DNA of 64,000 bases from a virus. How positions within the stretch are numbered: position 1 is the stretch's first letter; every line of letters begins with the position of its first letter. Under the pieces are notes generated by a model. That model was given only the letters and a program-made list of their open reading frames with translations. It ran no database searches and was not told the origin of the DNA. The stretch is from positions 50,885 through 114,884 of the IMG/VR virus record IMGVR_UViG_3300045988_079583. One strand, given 5' to 3'. A program made the translations under genes and the position numbers. Positions 29,109 through 38,313 of this stretch are shown here, piece after piece.

Positions 29109-29490
29109 TAGGAATCCAGGTTACAATACTATTACTATCTACCGGCTTTCCTCCCTTAATAGTGCAAACAGTAATATGAGGATTGGCATTTGCACAAGGC
29201 AACTGTGGATCTCCAATAGTAACTCTGAAAGCTATAGCTTTATCAGAAAAGCCAATTCCGTCAATTGTTATACGATGCATTTCAAATGGGCCTCTTCTAA
29301 TATATCCTCTTAAGGCTTCAAATATCTCTTCATCACCTTGACTACTATGAAGCAAGGTACAATGGTCTAGATACAGGGTACTCCCTCTTTGGAACACTAA
29401 ATTAGATACAATAGGGTTATCAATGATAACTCTCAAAAGTGCATTTCTATCTTTCTCAGAAAGAAATAATCCAAAATACTGATATTTCAT
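29068..29490 (-). CDS. hypothetical protein
   Basis: 140-aa ORF. Confidence 0.45.
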   Translation of the reverse strand: MKYQYFGLFLSEKDRNALLRVIIDNPIVSNLVFQRGSTLYLDHCTLLHSSQGDEEIFEALRGYIRRGPFEMHRITIDGIGFSDKAIAFRVTIGDPQLPCANANPHITVCTIKGGKPVDSNSIVTWIPIARFDVYGQLKMV

Positions 29491-29510
29491 ATTTTCTACA
29501 TTTTAGTTAG

Positions 29511-29584
29511 TGGGCCTGGCCGGGATTGAACCGACGACCTTGACATTATGAGTGTCCTGCTCTAACCGACTGAGCTACAGGCCC
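29511..29584 (-). tRNA. tRNA-Met or tRNA-Ile2 (CAU)
   Basis: acceptor GGGCCTG/CAGGCCC, anticodon loop CTCATAA; overall similarity to E. coli ileX/metT types; cannot distinguish. Confidence 0.7.
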
Positions 29585-29596
29585 TAAATAGGTTTC

Positions 29597-29875
29597 TTAT
29601 TCTCTTTCTAATAAATCCTCTTCATAAACGTATTCTACTAATAATTCATCATTTCCGAATACCATTATTTGTAGTACTACAAGTTTACGTGTAGAGTTTT
29701 TAGTTAGCCTAGGAGAATCAGAGAGTACACACTCAGACATTGGAGACCTAGCATGAAATCTAACAAAATTACTTCTAGGATGAGACTTCTGAATTATTCC
29801 AGTACTAGGTGTATTTAGAGATACTTTACTAGTTATCTCCCCAATATTGAAAGAAGTTACGTTAAGCATAAGCAC
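29597..29875 (-). CDS. hypothetical protein
   Basis: 92-aa ORF. Confidence 0.4.
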   Translation of the reverse strand: MLMLNVTSFNIGEITSKVSLNTPSTGIIQKSHPRSNFVRFHARSPMSECVLSDSPRLTKNSTRKLVVLQIMVFGNDELLVEYVYEEDLLERE

Positions 29876-30071
29876 TTATTGATTGACATTTAAATATTAT
29901 AGTTTTACCAATAATATCATCAGGCTTTATATTAAACTTAGAAAACTCCTCAACCAGCTCATTCATATCTTCTACAGAATATGTCTCTCCAATAACTCTC
30001 ATATTATCTAGAGAAGTTTGGAAGTTCTTCAGTAGCTCTGTAAGTAAACAGCTATTAATTATTACTTTCAT
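29862..30071 (-). CDS. hypothetical protein
   Basis: 69-aa ORF. Confidence 0.35.
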   Translation of the reverse strand: MKVIINSCLLTELLKNFQTSLDNMRVIGETYSVEDMNELVEEFSKFNIKPDDIIGKTIIFKCQSISAYA

Positions 30072-30390
30072 TTTACTATGATTTGCTCTTCAGGTTTTAA
30101 CTTAGCTGGAGCATCAGAATGTAATTTACCACATCTTACACACCAACAAACTCCAAATGAATTTTCTCTCACTTTACATCTGCCTTTCTCACAGATTTTA
30201 ACTACTTTTCTATAATTCTTCTTATCCATAATTATATAATTTAGAAATACAGCCTTACTACCCCTATGTTCCTAGTTATTCTTTAGCTAGCTTTAGATTA
30301 TTACTAGGTAATACCGCAACGGATTTATTCAGCTGACTTTACCGCCTCTTGGTATGCAAGGCTAGGTCTCCCTAGCGAAGCTGTATTTAG

Positions 30391-30462
30391 TTGGGCTACC
30401 AGGACTCGAACCTGGACTCTCAGAACCAAAATCTGATGTGACTACCATTACACCATAGCCCA
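30391..30462 (-). tRNA. tRNA-Gln(UUG)
   Basis: U1-A72, D region TGGTGTAATGGTAG, anticodon stem TCAGA/TCTGA, loop TTTTGGT, 4-nt variable loop. Confidence 0.8.
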
Positions 30463-30525
30463 GTTTAGCTTAACTATTCTCTCGAACCGTTAAGCCCATA
30501 TTTACCATGAAAAACACACAATGCG

Positions 30526-30602
30526 TGGGACGAGGCAGGATCGAACTGCCGCTATCGTCCTGGATTTTCAGTCCAGCGCTCTACCTACTGAGCTATCGTC
30601 CC
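30526..30602 (-). tRNA. tRNA-Phe(GAA) with 9-nt variable region
   Basis: anticodon stem CTGGA/TCCAG, loop CTGAAAA. Confidence 0.7.
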
Positions 30603-30622
30603 ATGTAATTAGATACTCAAAT

Positions 30623-30847
30623 CTAATACTTTTTTGTTCCACCGTTAGTTAAATCTTGTAAAGAAAACTTAAATTCTTCCTCAAACTTTTCTACTGGAAC
30701 AGTTTCATCTCCTAATTCTATTGCCCATCTCCAGCAAGCTTCTGTTTCTGCTACGTCAATAGGTTCCTCCATTAGCCAAGTATCATCCATAAGTAAGTCA
30801 AGAAATGGCTTATGAAGGGACTTAAATATTTCAATTCTTTCTTCCAT
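30623..30847 (-). CDS. hypothetical protein
   Basis: 74-aa ORF. Confidence 0.4.
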   Translation of the reverse strand: MEERIEIFKSLHKPFLDLLMDDTWLMEEPIDVAETEACWRWAIELGDETVPVEKFEEEFKFSLQDLTNGGTKKY

Positions 30848-30863
30848 AACACATTTTATTAAG

Positions 30864-30948
30864 CGGAGGCAGCTGGATTCGAACCAGCGGGACCCGAAGG
30901 CCCTCCGTCTTAGCAGGACGGTGGTTTAAACCACTCACCCATACCTCC
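30864..30948 (-). tRNA. tRNA-Ser(GCU), type II
   Basis: anticodon stem CCGTC/GACGG, loop CTGCTAA, long variable arm. Confidence 0.7.
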
Positions 30949-31010
30949 AAATTGCGAAGGGGCTTTTGTTATACTTTACTATTGAAATTGTAAAGCCCCT
31001 TCGCTGTGAA

Positions 31011-32984
31011 TTACTTCACTTCTTCAAACTCAGTTGTTTCGGCTTTCTTCTCCTCCAACTCTTTCTTGCCGAGAACACTTTTCAGTGTATCAGCGAAAGG
31101 TATAGAGCGAAGCAAGTCGAACGCAGGATTCAAGTTCTCAGCAGTTTTAGCCATGAAGTTACCAGCGGTATTCTCGTTACCATAAACAGTAACCTGTCCA
31201 AGGTGAACGTGTTCAAACATCTGAGCAGATGCTTCTGCAATACCTGTCAACTGGTCAACTGTCTTGTACTGAACCACCATTTCAGGAGTCAAGCCAGATT
31301 CAATCATCTTCTGGACTGCCAGAGCAGGAGCCATTTCAATAGCCTGGACTTTATCAGCCTCAGCCATCAAAGATGCTCTCTTACCCTCAGCTTCAGCAAG
31401 CAGTTTCTTTCTTGTACCTTCAGCTTCGGCTTCTAGCTGCAACTTTGTAGCATTCGCTTTAGCTTCTGCTTCTTTCAGAATTTCAGCAGCCTTAGCTTCT
31501 GCTTCAAGTACAGCTTTCTGCTTAACAGCTTCTGCTTCAATCGTGATACGTTCCTTCTCCTTTTGAGCAGGAACAATCGTCTCAGCATGAAGCTTAGCTT
31601 CCATAGCCAATGCAGCTGCTTCGTTTACTTCCAGTTGCTTTTCTTGCTTAGTTTTCTCGATAGTCATTTGAGCTTCTACCTTAGAAGTTCCTGCTACCTT
31701 TTCAGCTTCAGCCTTAGCTTTCTCGGCCTCTCCCTTAGCTTTAGAGACTTCAATTGTGGCATTTTGTTCTGCCACTCCTGCAATCTTATCAGCTTCAGCT
31801 GCCTTTACACGCTTGTCTGACTCATACTTAGCAACTGCAGCTTCCTGTTCGTTAACAGCTTTCTCAGTTTCAGCTACCTGTTTTTGTTTAGCTTGAGCAA
31901 TACGAGTTTGCTTTTCAGCCTCTGCTTCTGCCTTCTTGGCATCAGCTTGAGCTTTAGCTTTAGCTACATTAGCCTCAGCTATAGATTCAGACTCAGCTCT
32001 GCTAGAATCAGCTTCCGATTGTGCTTTAGCCAAAGCAGCAATTCTTTCTGCTTCTGCTTTTGCCTTTTCAGATTCAGCTGTAGTATTAGCTCTTGCTATG
32101 TTTGCAACCTGCTCTGCTCTTTGATTAGCAACACCAGATTGTTTGTTCTTTTCAGCCTCAGCAAGTCTAATTTCCTTCTCCTGATTGATTTCAGCAACTT
32201 TTACTTCCTGTTCCTGCTTAGTTTGCGCAACAGTAGTTTCACGTTCCTTCTCAGCATCAGCTACCGCAATTTCACGCTGTTTGTTGGTTTCTGCAATCTG
32301 AATATCTCCTTTCTTCTTCTCTTCTGCAATGTCAGCTTGTGCCTGAGCAAGAGCTTTAGTTGCAGCTTTCTGACCAAGATTCTTGATATAGTTTGCATCG
32401 TCAGAAATATCGGCATTGTTAATGTTGATAATACTGAAACCTACCTTGTTGAGTTCGCTTTCAATATTCTCCTTAGCCTTACCGATAAATTTGATTCTGT
32501 CAGCATTGATTTCCTCAATCGTCATTGTAGCCATCAAGCTTCTCACTTCACCAATGAGAATATCCTTGATTTGGTCTGAGATTTCGGAAGTTTTAGCTGT
32601 TAAGAATCTACTTGCAGCATTTTGCATTAATACCTGCGTGGTTCCAATACCAGTAGTTAATGTTACAGGAATGTTTACCTTAATCATTTGACTAGATACA
32701 CCTGATACATTTACTTGAATCTGGATTGGTTTCAGCGACATTTTAGCCCAGTCTTGGATTACTGGCATCACGAATGTGCCACCTCCATGAATAATTTTAG
32801 AAGGCAAGATAACTTCTTCCGACTTTCCAGTCTTTTCATTAATTACCTTCTTCTTACCAGCCTTACCAAATACTACCAGGATTTCGTCACTGGCACACTT
32901 ACGATACCGAGACAATAGTCCGATAAAAGTTAATACCACCAGTAGTACAATTACACCCGCCACAATAAGAGTTTCTGTTGTCAT
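31011..32984 (-). CDS. flotillin-like SPFH protein
   Basis: 657 aa; N-terminal TM, SPFH domain, long Ala/Glu/Lys-rich flotillin repeat region. Confidence 0.65.
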   Translation of the reverse strand: MTTETLIVAGVIVLLVVLTFIGLLSRYRKCASDEILVVFGKAGKKKVINEKTGKSEEVILPSKIIHGGGTFVMPVIQDWAKMSLKPIQIQVNVSGVSSQMIKVNIPVTLTTGIGTTQVLMQNAASRFLTAKTSEISDQIKDILIGEVRSLMATMTIEEINADRIKFIGKAKENIESELNKVGFSIININNADISDDANYIKNLGQKAATKALAQAQADIAEEKKKGDIQIAETNKQREIAVADAEKERETTVAQTKQEQEVKVAEINQEKEIRLAEAEKNKQSGVANQRAEQVANIARANTTAESEKAKAEAERIAALAKAQSEADSSRAESESIAEANVAKAKAQADAKKAEAEAEKQTRIAQAKQKQVAETEKAVNEQEAAVAKYESDKRVKAAEADKIAGVAEQNATIEVSKAKGEAEKAKAEAEKVAGTSKVEAQMTIEKTKQEKQLEVNEAAALAMEAKLHAETIVPAQKEKERITIEAEAVKQKAVLEAEAKAAEILKEAEAKANATKLQLEAEAEGTRKKLLAEAEGKRASLMAEADKVQAIEMAPALAVQKMIESGLTPEMVVQYKTVDQLTGIAEASAQMFEHVHLGQVTVYGNENTAGNFMAKTAENLNPAFDLLRSIPFADTLKSVLGKKELEEKKAETTEFEEVK

Positions 32985-33000
32985 CTTTTAAAAATTCTTT

Positions 33001-33528
33001 TTAGTTAAAATAATATTTTCCATTCTCAAATTTAGAAATTCTCACTCTCTGTCCGCCTTTCAAGGACTTGTTACTATCCTCTGGATAGGCCGGAAGCTCC
33101 TGCAACATTCCATTTATCTCTATTAATAAGATAGAATGGGAATTAGGAAGCTCATTAGGGATTGAGACAAATCCAACTCTTCCGACTAAGGCTTCGCCTT
33201 CTTCTGGAATAACTTGATGCTGGAGTTTTAAACAAAGTTTATATAAGTAGTAAAGTATAACCACAAAAAGAATACCGCACACTAGTGCGATTAGATAGTC
33301 GTACCATTCTACAGAATGAGATATAGACTGCTTAATGCAAAGCCATCCACTAGCTCCCATTATAAAATGGATCAGTCCCTTAAAAGAAACAATATCACTC
33401 ACGTCCATGTCTAGTTCTCCATCTAAATCAACATCTAAGTCAGTGTCTCCACCAAACCAAGATAGAATAAATTGAACTAGAAAAATGCCGTATGAAATGG
33501 CTGCCAAAAGATAATATACGTTGCTCAT
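33001..33528 (-). CDS. NfeD-like membrane protein (flotillin partner)
   Basis: 175 aa, multi-TM N-terminus plus soluble C-terminal domain; adjacent to and downstream of flotillin gene as in nfeD-floT operons. Confidence 0.5.
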   Translation of the reverse strand: MSNVYYLLAAISYGIFLVQFILSWFGGDTDLDVDLDGELDMDVSDIVSFKGLIHFIMGASGWLCIKQSISHSVEWYDYLIALVCGILFVVILYYLYKLCLKLQHQVIPEEGEALVGRVGFVSIPNELPNSHSILLIEINGMLQELPAYPEDSNKSLKGGQRVRISKFENGKYYFN

Positions 33529-33809
33529 CTCTTACAATATTTACAGTCTGGGTCGTGAACTACTCCGGAAATCTTATACTGTCCAGATCCTTCAACAAAC
33601 TTAATGTACTGATGATTCTTGTACTTGAAGTGAACTGCGTTATCAAACGGAATAATCCCGTCTGGAGCGCTCATAGTCGCTTTTGACTCTGGTACTGGAC
33701 CACAGCTATATAGCAACGTAAGTCCTAATAAAACAATTACTAATCTTTTCATAATTTTTTTAATCTTTGTTTTTATTTTTAAAGTGTATATCTCTATGAC
33801 AATTTGCAC
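33525..33809 (-). CDS. hypothetical lipoprotein
   Basis: 94-aa ORF with signal peptide and LLYSCG. Confidence 0.4.
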   Translation of the reverse strand: MQIVIEIYTLKIKTKIKKIMKRLVIVLLGLTLLYSCGPVPESKATMSAPDGIIPFDNAVHFKYKNHQYIKFVEGSGQYKISGVVHDPDCKYCKR

Positions 33810-34176
33810 ACAGAACTATACATTTCTTTAATTCTTCCTCCATCTTTTTCCTAGAACCATTGTGGGCTAAGGTAGCAATACATGATTCCTTTTCATCCGG
33901 ATTTTCATGGTGAAAGTCCAAGACCCACCATCTGTCTTCCCCACATATAGAACATTTCAAAGAAGATTTTATTTCTCTAATGTAATCTTCACATTCTTTC
34001 GAACTTTCTCTAGCTTTTGCCAGATAAGTCTCCTTGTTCTTCTGGTAATGAAGTTTATTATAGGCAGATTTACACTCTTTGCATTCTGCCTGCAATCCGT
34101 CTTTCTTGGCCTTATTCTTTCCAAACTCAGAAACAGGCTTTTCCTTTTTACATTTACTGCAAATTTTTGTCTCCAT
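33760..34176 (-). CDS. HNH endonuclease (standard code)
   Basis: CSICGEDRWWVLDFHHENP...IVLCANCHRDIH plus N-terminal zinc ribbon. Confidence 0.6.
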   Translation of the reverse strand: METKICSKCKKEKPVSEFGKNKAKKDGLQAECKECKSAYNKLHYQKNKETYLAKARESSKECEDYIREIKSSLKCSICGEDRWWVLDFHHENPDEKESCIATLAHNGSRKKMEEELKKCIVLCANCHRDIHFKNKNKD

Positions 34177-34178
34177 AG

Positions 34179-34252
34179 CACGTCCGCTAGGATTCGAACC
34201 TAGGAATAATAGTTTTGGAGACTATCCTCTTAAACCACTTGAGTACGGACGT
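34179..34252 (-). tRNA. tRNA-Trp(CCA)
   Basis: anticodon stem ATAGT/ACTAT, loop CTCCAAA. Confidence 0.75.
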
Positions 34253-34257
34253 ATTTG

Positions 34258-34346
34258 CGGAAGGACAGGGATTCGAACCCTGGGGACGTGTTACCGCCCG
34301 ACGGTTTTCAAGACCGTTGCATTAAACCTGACTCTGCCACCCTTCC
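34258..34346 (-). tRNA. tRNA-Ser(UGA), type II (reads UCA; not an opal suppressor)
   Basis: anticodon stem ACGGT/ACCGT, loop CTTGAAA, long variable arm. Confidence 0.75.
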
Positions 34347-34441
34347 AAAAGCTAGTCTTACGACTAGCCAAGAATCATACAAAGAAGCACTAATACACAG
34401 AATATAGCTAGAATACACCAGCCTATAGCCTGGACTGCTCC

Positions 34442-34921
34442 TCAGCCAAATATACAAATCATTGAAGCTACGAAGAACACTGCTCCTCCTACTACACTTA
34501 TCCAACCTCCAGCATCCTCATCGTTTTTAGATAGTTTGCCTCGACCAGTTAGAAGCATAAATAAGGATATTCCTAATAGGAGTATGCCTACTATAACTCC
34601 AGCTATTTCTTTGTAAAGAAGTTTCCATACTACAATAGTTATTGCTGTCTGCCCTAGACTAGAATCTGCTATTCTTATAGCGGAATCTTCTACTGCTTTC
34701 AAAGTTTCATTAACTGCTACGCCAATTTCCTTGCCAAGATTTGCATACTCAGAAACTTCCTTGATTTCGCCTTTTACAGCTTTCTCTGTAGTAAGTTTCT
34801 CAATTTGGGTCTTAGTTTCTCCAGGCAACTTATCATAATCTTCTTGCGAGATAGTTATCTGAGAAAAAGCTGCTACGCTCATCCAGAGCATAGCAAGCAT
34901 AAGTATAAAGAATTTCTTCAT
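34442..34921 (-). CDS. hypothetical membrane protein
   Basis: 159-aa ORF with signal and TM segments. Confidence 0.4.
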   Translation of the reverse strand: MKKFFILMLAMLWMSVAAFSQITISQEDYDKLPGETKTQIEKLTTEKAVKGEIKEVSEYANLGKEIGVAVNETLKAVEDSAIRIADSSLGQTAITIVVWKLLYKEIAGVIVGILLLGISLFMLLTGRGKLSKNDEDAGGWISVVGGAVFFVASMICIFG

Positions 34922-35238
34922 TTTTTGTCTTTGATTCTTAGTTGTTCAACTGGAATGAAAAGTCTGTCTGCAATTTCTTCTAGAGTAAGCTCTACTACTG
35001 GTTTTCCTTCCCAGACAAGTTGTCTATCTCCAATCTCTAGTTTACGAGCATCACGTGGATGTGTACGGTCGTACACCCTAGTTATCCTCCACATTTCTAC
35101 ATCCTCTACTGGGCACCAGTGATCTACTCCACAAAGGCACAGACCGCTTGTACTTCCAACTACAAGACATAACTCACCACAGTACTCTACCAACATTCCA
35201 GACTTAATGTCTTCTTTTCTCAAGTATTTCTTATTCAT
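34918..35238 (-). CDS. hypothetical protein
   Basis: 106-aa ORF. Confidence 0.4.
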   Translation of the reverse strand: MNKKYLRKEDIKSGMLVEYCGELCLVVGSTSGLCLCGVDHWCPVEDVEMWRITRVYDRTHPRDARKLEIGDRQLVWEGKPVVELTLEEIADRLFIPVEQLRIKDKK

Positions 35239-35252
35239 TTTTTTTTAGAATT

Positions 35253-35813
35253 TTAGTCTAACCATTCAAATTCTTCACCCTTGAAATGTCTTGCAAAACA
35301 AGCATCGAACACTAGCTTTCCAAACTGGGTTGATACGTATTTGGCAATTTCTTCAGATTTGCACGCTAGCATCCCGACATCGGAATAGGCATAGCCGACG
35401 CCATCGTTAGAATAGAAAAAGCCGAGACCCGCATCGCCGCCATAACCCGCGCCGCCGCCCACCAACGCGAATTTCTCGCCCTGATAACGGAAGTGACCAA
35501 TGACCTCTGCATCCTTCGGAACTGATTTCATTCTAAAGAACCGAACCCAAGGATACCATACAGTTCCAGTCAGCAGATTGAACTTGTGCTTTTCGTTCAG
35601 CGCATCCAGAATTGTTTGCAACTTAGCTAGAGCCTTTACAGATTCAGTGTAATGGATTTCACTATTAAATAAGTACCCAAGATAGTCTCTAGCGTCCTCA
35701 TAGGTCTTTATTCGTCCCATAATATTCTCTGGAACAATTTCAACATTACCTGTTTTGGCATTGTAGATAGGCTTGTAGCCATCTGGACATTCAATTTCAA
35801 TAGTTCTTTTCAT
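35253..35813 (-). CDS. hypothetical protein carrying a second DGR variable repeat (candidate variable protein)
   Basis: aa 117-148 VGGGAGYGGDAGLGFFYSNDGVGYAYSDVG encoded by GC-rich segment homologous to the DGR template repeat. Confidence 0.55.
   Translation of the reverse strand: MKRTIEIECPDGYKPIYNAKTGNVEIVPENIMGRIKTYEDARDYLGYLFNSEIHYTESVKALAKLQTILDALNEKHKFNLLTGTVWYPWVRFFRMKSVPKDAEVIGHFRYQGEKFALVGGGAGYGGDAGLGFFYSNDGVGYAYSDVGMLACKSEEIAKYVSTQFGKLVFDACFARHFKGEEFEWLD
35373..35465 (-). repeat. DGR variable repeat 2 (VR2)
   Basis: minus-strand sequence aligns codon-for-codon with TR (63501-63596); all differences at TR adenine positions. Confidence 0.6.
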
Positions 35814-35843
35814 TTGTTATAATATTTAATAAAACATGGTTTG

Positions 35844-35918
35844 GGTGTTATAGCGGATTCGAACCGCTGACCTCTACAGCCACAATGTAGCGTTCTGACC
35901 AACTGAACTAATAACACC
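35844..35918 (-). tRNA. tRNA-His(GUG) with encoded G-1
   Basis: anticodon stem CTACA/TGTAG, loop TTGTGGC; extra 5' G pairs with C73. Confidence 0.8.
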
Positions 35919-35924
35919 ATCAAA

Positions 35925-36383
35925 TTATTCGAATAGCGGCAGCAACTTCTTTCCTAGTATCTTCACCGCTTTCTGTACATCAGCTACAGTTCTAAAATAA
36001 ACAACACCTGGATATTTTACGTTTTGATGCATAACGACGTACACTCCTTTTATATCAGTTTCCGTCTTTCCAGATAGAGAAGAACCCCTTCCAAGGAAAT
36101 AACCGCTGTTACTCTCTGTTTTATTCCAACCATTGTTTAAGTAATTAGCTACTATTTGTAGACAAATTAGAGACTTAGTTTGCTCTGATATCCCTAAAGG
36201 TAAAAATAGCACATCCCAATCCTTTTCAGATTCTAATATTTCTCCAAGAGAAGGGACTAGAACTTCTTCACTAAAAGCGGTAAGAGCTAATTTTTTCAAG
36301 TCTTCATTGCCACTCTCATACCATTTACGTGCCTGTTCTAAAGTTATTTCAAGGCAAGCTTTTGTTTTATTCATTTTATTCAT
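35925..36383 (-). CDS. hypothetical protein
   Basis: 152-aa ORF. Confidence 0.4.
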   Translation of the reverse strand: MNKMNKTKACLEITLEQARKWYESGNEDLKKLALTAFSEEVLVPSLGEILESEKDWDVLFLPLGISEQTKSLICLQIVANYLNNGWNKTESNSGYFLGRGSSLSGKTETDIKGVYVVMHQNVKYPGVVYFRTVADVQKAVKILGKKLLPLFE

Positions 36384-36384
36384 T

Positions 36385-36630
36385 TTATTTATTAGTTTTT
36401 AATGGACACCAATCTGGAATTAATACCCTTTCGTAAGGTCTTAACATTCCTTCAATTAGTTTATTCTCAGACTCCTTACAGAGCGCTTTCTCGTCGTCAT
36501 CATTGAACCAGTCATTAGGATCTGGGTCAGGAACAATTAAGCAGTGCGGACATTCTCTACACTGCTTAATTTCTTTTTGAAATACTACACTAGTACCAGA
36601 TTTCTGGTAAGTATCCTTCTCCGTACTCAT
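36385..36630 (-). CDS. hypothetical Cys-containing protein
   Basis: 81-aa ORF. Confidence 0.35.
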   Translation of the reverse strand: MSTEKDTYQKSGTSVVFQKEIKQCRECPHCLIVPDPDPNDWFNDDDEKALCKESENKLIEGMLRPYERVLIPDWCPLKTNK

Positions 36631-36636
36631 AATTTG

Positions 36637-36852
36637 TCATTTTGTAATTTCTTTAAATTCGTTTATAACTGTTTTTATAAATGGTTTAATACCAAATAAT
36701 AGTATTACAATAACAAATATAGTATTTATTACTGGTAATGCCATTATTGCGAGTCTTCTAACTGTAACAAATCGTTCATTTACTGCCATATAAAGGCCAA
36801 CTATGTACATGCTTATTATGTATATAAATGCTGAATATACAAATATCATCAT
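36637..36852 (-). CDS. hypothetical membrane protein
   Basis: 71-aa ORF, two TM helices. Confidence 0.35.
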   Translation of the reverse strand: MMIFVYSAFIYIISMYIVGLYMAVNERFVTVRRLAIMALPVINTIFVIVILLFGIKPFIKTVINEFKEITK

Positions 36853-36870
36853 AATGTATTGAAATTAGTG

Positions 36871-36954
36871 TGGGATTGGGAGGACTCGAACCTCCAGTCT
36901 CAAAAGAGAGCAGATTTACAGTCTGCGCGGCTACCAATTACCGGTTACAATCCC
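36871..36954 (-). tRNA. tRNA-Tyr(GUA), type II
   Basis: anticodon stem GCAGA/TCTGC, loop CTGTAAA, long variable arm. Confidence 0.7.
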
Positions 36955-37063
36955 TTTAATTATTCATAGACAGATTCATAATAATCTATCCAATAGTCAG
37001 CTTGGTCATCTTCGAAGATTTCTTTAAGTTCTTCGTCAGATAATCCTTCATACTTATCTTCCA

Positions 37064-37435
37064 TTATATCTTTCTTCTATTAAATAGTTTAAAATATTCA
37101 CTGGAATACACATTACATAGGTCCTTGTATCTTCTCGGCATAGGATAATCAAAATCATCAAATGCCGATTCCTTAATGAACCTATCATAGAGAGCCATGT
37201 TTGCTGTAGTAACAGCTGTGTTACAATTATGCTTCTTTCCCCATTCAACAATATTATTCATTATACTGTTGAAGTATGATGTATCATCATCTACTTGGAG
37301 ATAGATTTCTACTCTGCAAATTGCAGGATTTTTGAATCCTTGTCTTCCCTGCCTTAATTCTACTTTAGACACGTACTTAAGGTCTAGTAAATCTGCAATT
37401 CTTTCTTTAGCTATAATTCTAGAAATTCTTATCAT
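37064..37435 (-). CDS. hypothetical protein
   Basis: 123-aa ORF. Confidence 0.4.
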   Translation of the reverse strand: MIRISRIIAKERIADLLDLKYVSKVELRQGRQGFKNPAICRVEIYLQVDDDTSYFNSIMNNIVEWGKKHNCNTAVTTANMALYDRFIKESAFDDFDYPMPRRYKDLCNVYSSEYFKLFNRRKI

Positions 37436-37560
37436 CTTTGTTATATTTAATACGAAAACATTCTTTTATAGCTCCGCAGATTATTGCTACAACTGGTATA
37501 GCGCAAATCAATATAATGCTAATTTCTCCTCCGTCCATATTCTTAAAATTTAAATACTAG

Positions 37561-37644
37561 TGGGATAGGTAGGATTCGAACCTACTAAGCCTAAAGGCAA
37601 CGGATTTACAGTCCGTCCCAACTCACCATCGTTGGCGCTATCCC
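37561..37644 (-). tRNA. second tRNA with GUA anticodon (tRNA-Tyr-like), type II
   Basis: anticodon stem ACGGA/TCCGT, loop CTGTAAA, long variable arm; identity less certain. Confidence 0.55.
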
Positions 37645-37866
37645 GTAAAGCAATTAACAGATTTGTTCTAATTAACATAGCTACTACAATTCTTCCTCTT
37701 AGCATCCCAAGTCCTCTAGTAGCTAATAGCCGCAATGCGTGGTAACAATTTTAAGGAAATTTACCTCTGTTAATTGGAGTAATCAGGGATTCTTTCTAGA
37801 TAGGCACCCTATAGTTCTTATATCGTAAGACTATACTATTCTAGCGAATGATGATTACTTCTTTTG

Positions 37867-37939
37867 TCTGGATAGCAAGGTTCGAACTTGCGATCTCTGC
37901 ATCCCAAATGCAGCGTGTTACCAACTCCACCATACCCAG
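37867..37939 (-). tRNA. tRNA-Pro(UGG)
   Basis: C1-G72, anticodon stem CTGCA/TGCAG, loop TTTGGGA. Confidence 0.75.
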
Positions 37940-38007
37940 ATATAAGCACCTGTTTCACAACAGATACTTACTACAAAAAAAAAAGAAATTTAAGAAAACT
38001 ATTAAAG

Positions 38008-38081
38008 TGACCCCGCTGCGACTCGAACGCAGGACCCCCAAATTAAAAGTTTGGTGCTCTAGCCAGCTGAGCTACGAGGTC
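38008..38081 (-). tRNA. tRNA-Lys(UUU)
   Basis: anticodon stem CCAAA/TTTGG, loop CTTTTAA. Confidence 0.8.
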
Positions 38082-38289
38082 ATTCTTTCTTAATAAGAAC
38101 TATCTTATTAGATATAGTGCATAAGAGTAATGCTACCGCAAGCCAAGAGGCAGCAGAAAGCGCTAAAGATAGCACCAAATCTAATAGCGTGAAGATATAG
38201 ACTTTTTCTTTTTTGTATTGGTTTCTCTCATATACATAAAGCAGAAACCACGATGACAACACTCCCAAAAGGTAAATAAATAATACCAT
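38080..38289 (-). CDS. hypothetical small membrane protein
   Basis: 69-aa ORF, two TM helices. Confidence 0.3.
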   Translation of the reverse strand: MVLFIYLLGVLSSWFLLYVYERNQYKKEKVYIFTLLDLVLSLALSAASWLAVALLLCTISNKIVLIKKE

Positions 38290-38313
38290 ATCTTTATTTT
38301 TTTTAATTGTTAG

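Noticed and set aside
31400-32300. Highly repetitive AGCTTCAGC / GCTTTAGC-type tandem sequence resembling a repeat array
   Set aside because: It lies inside the intact 657-aa flotillin ORF and encodes its Ala/Glu/Lys repeats. There are no regular spacers, so it is not a CRISPR array.
34258-34346. tRNA with anticodon UGA could be mistaken for an opal (TGA) suppressor
   Set aside because: The anticodon 5'-UGA-3' reads codon UCA (Ser), and the gene has the long variable arm of tRNA-Ser. An opal suppressor would have anticodon UCA. TGA is also used as a stop by terL.
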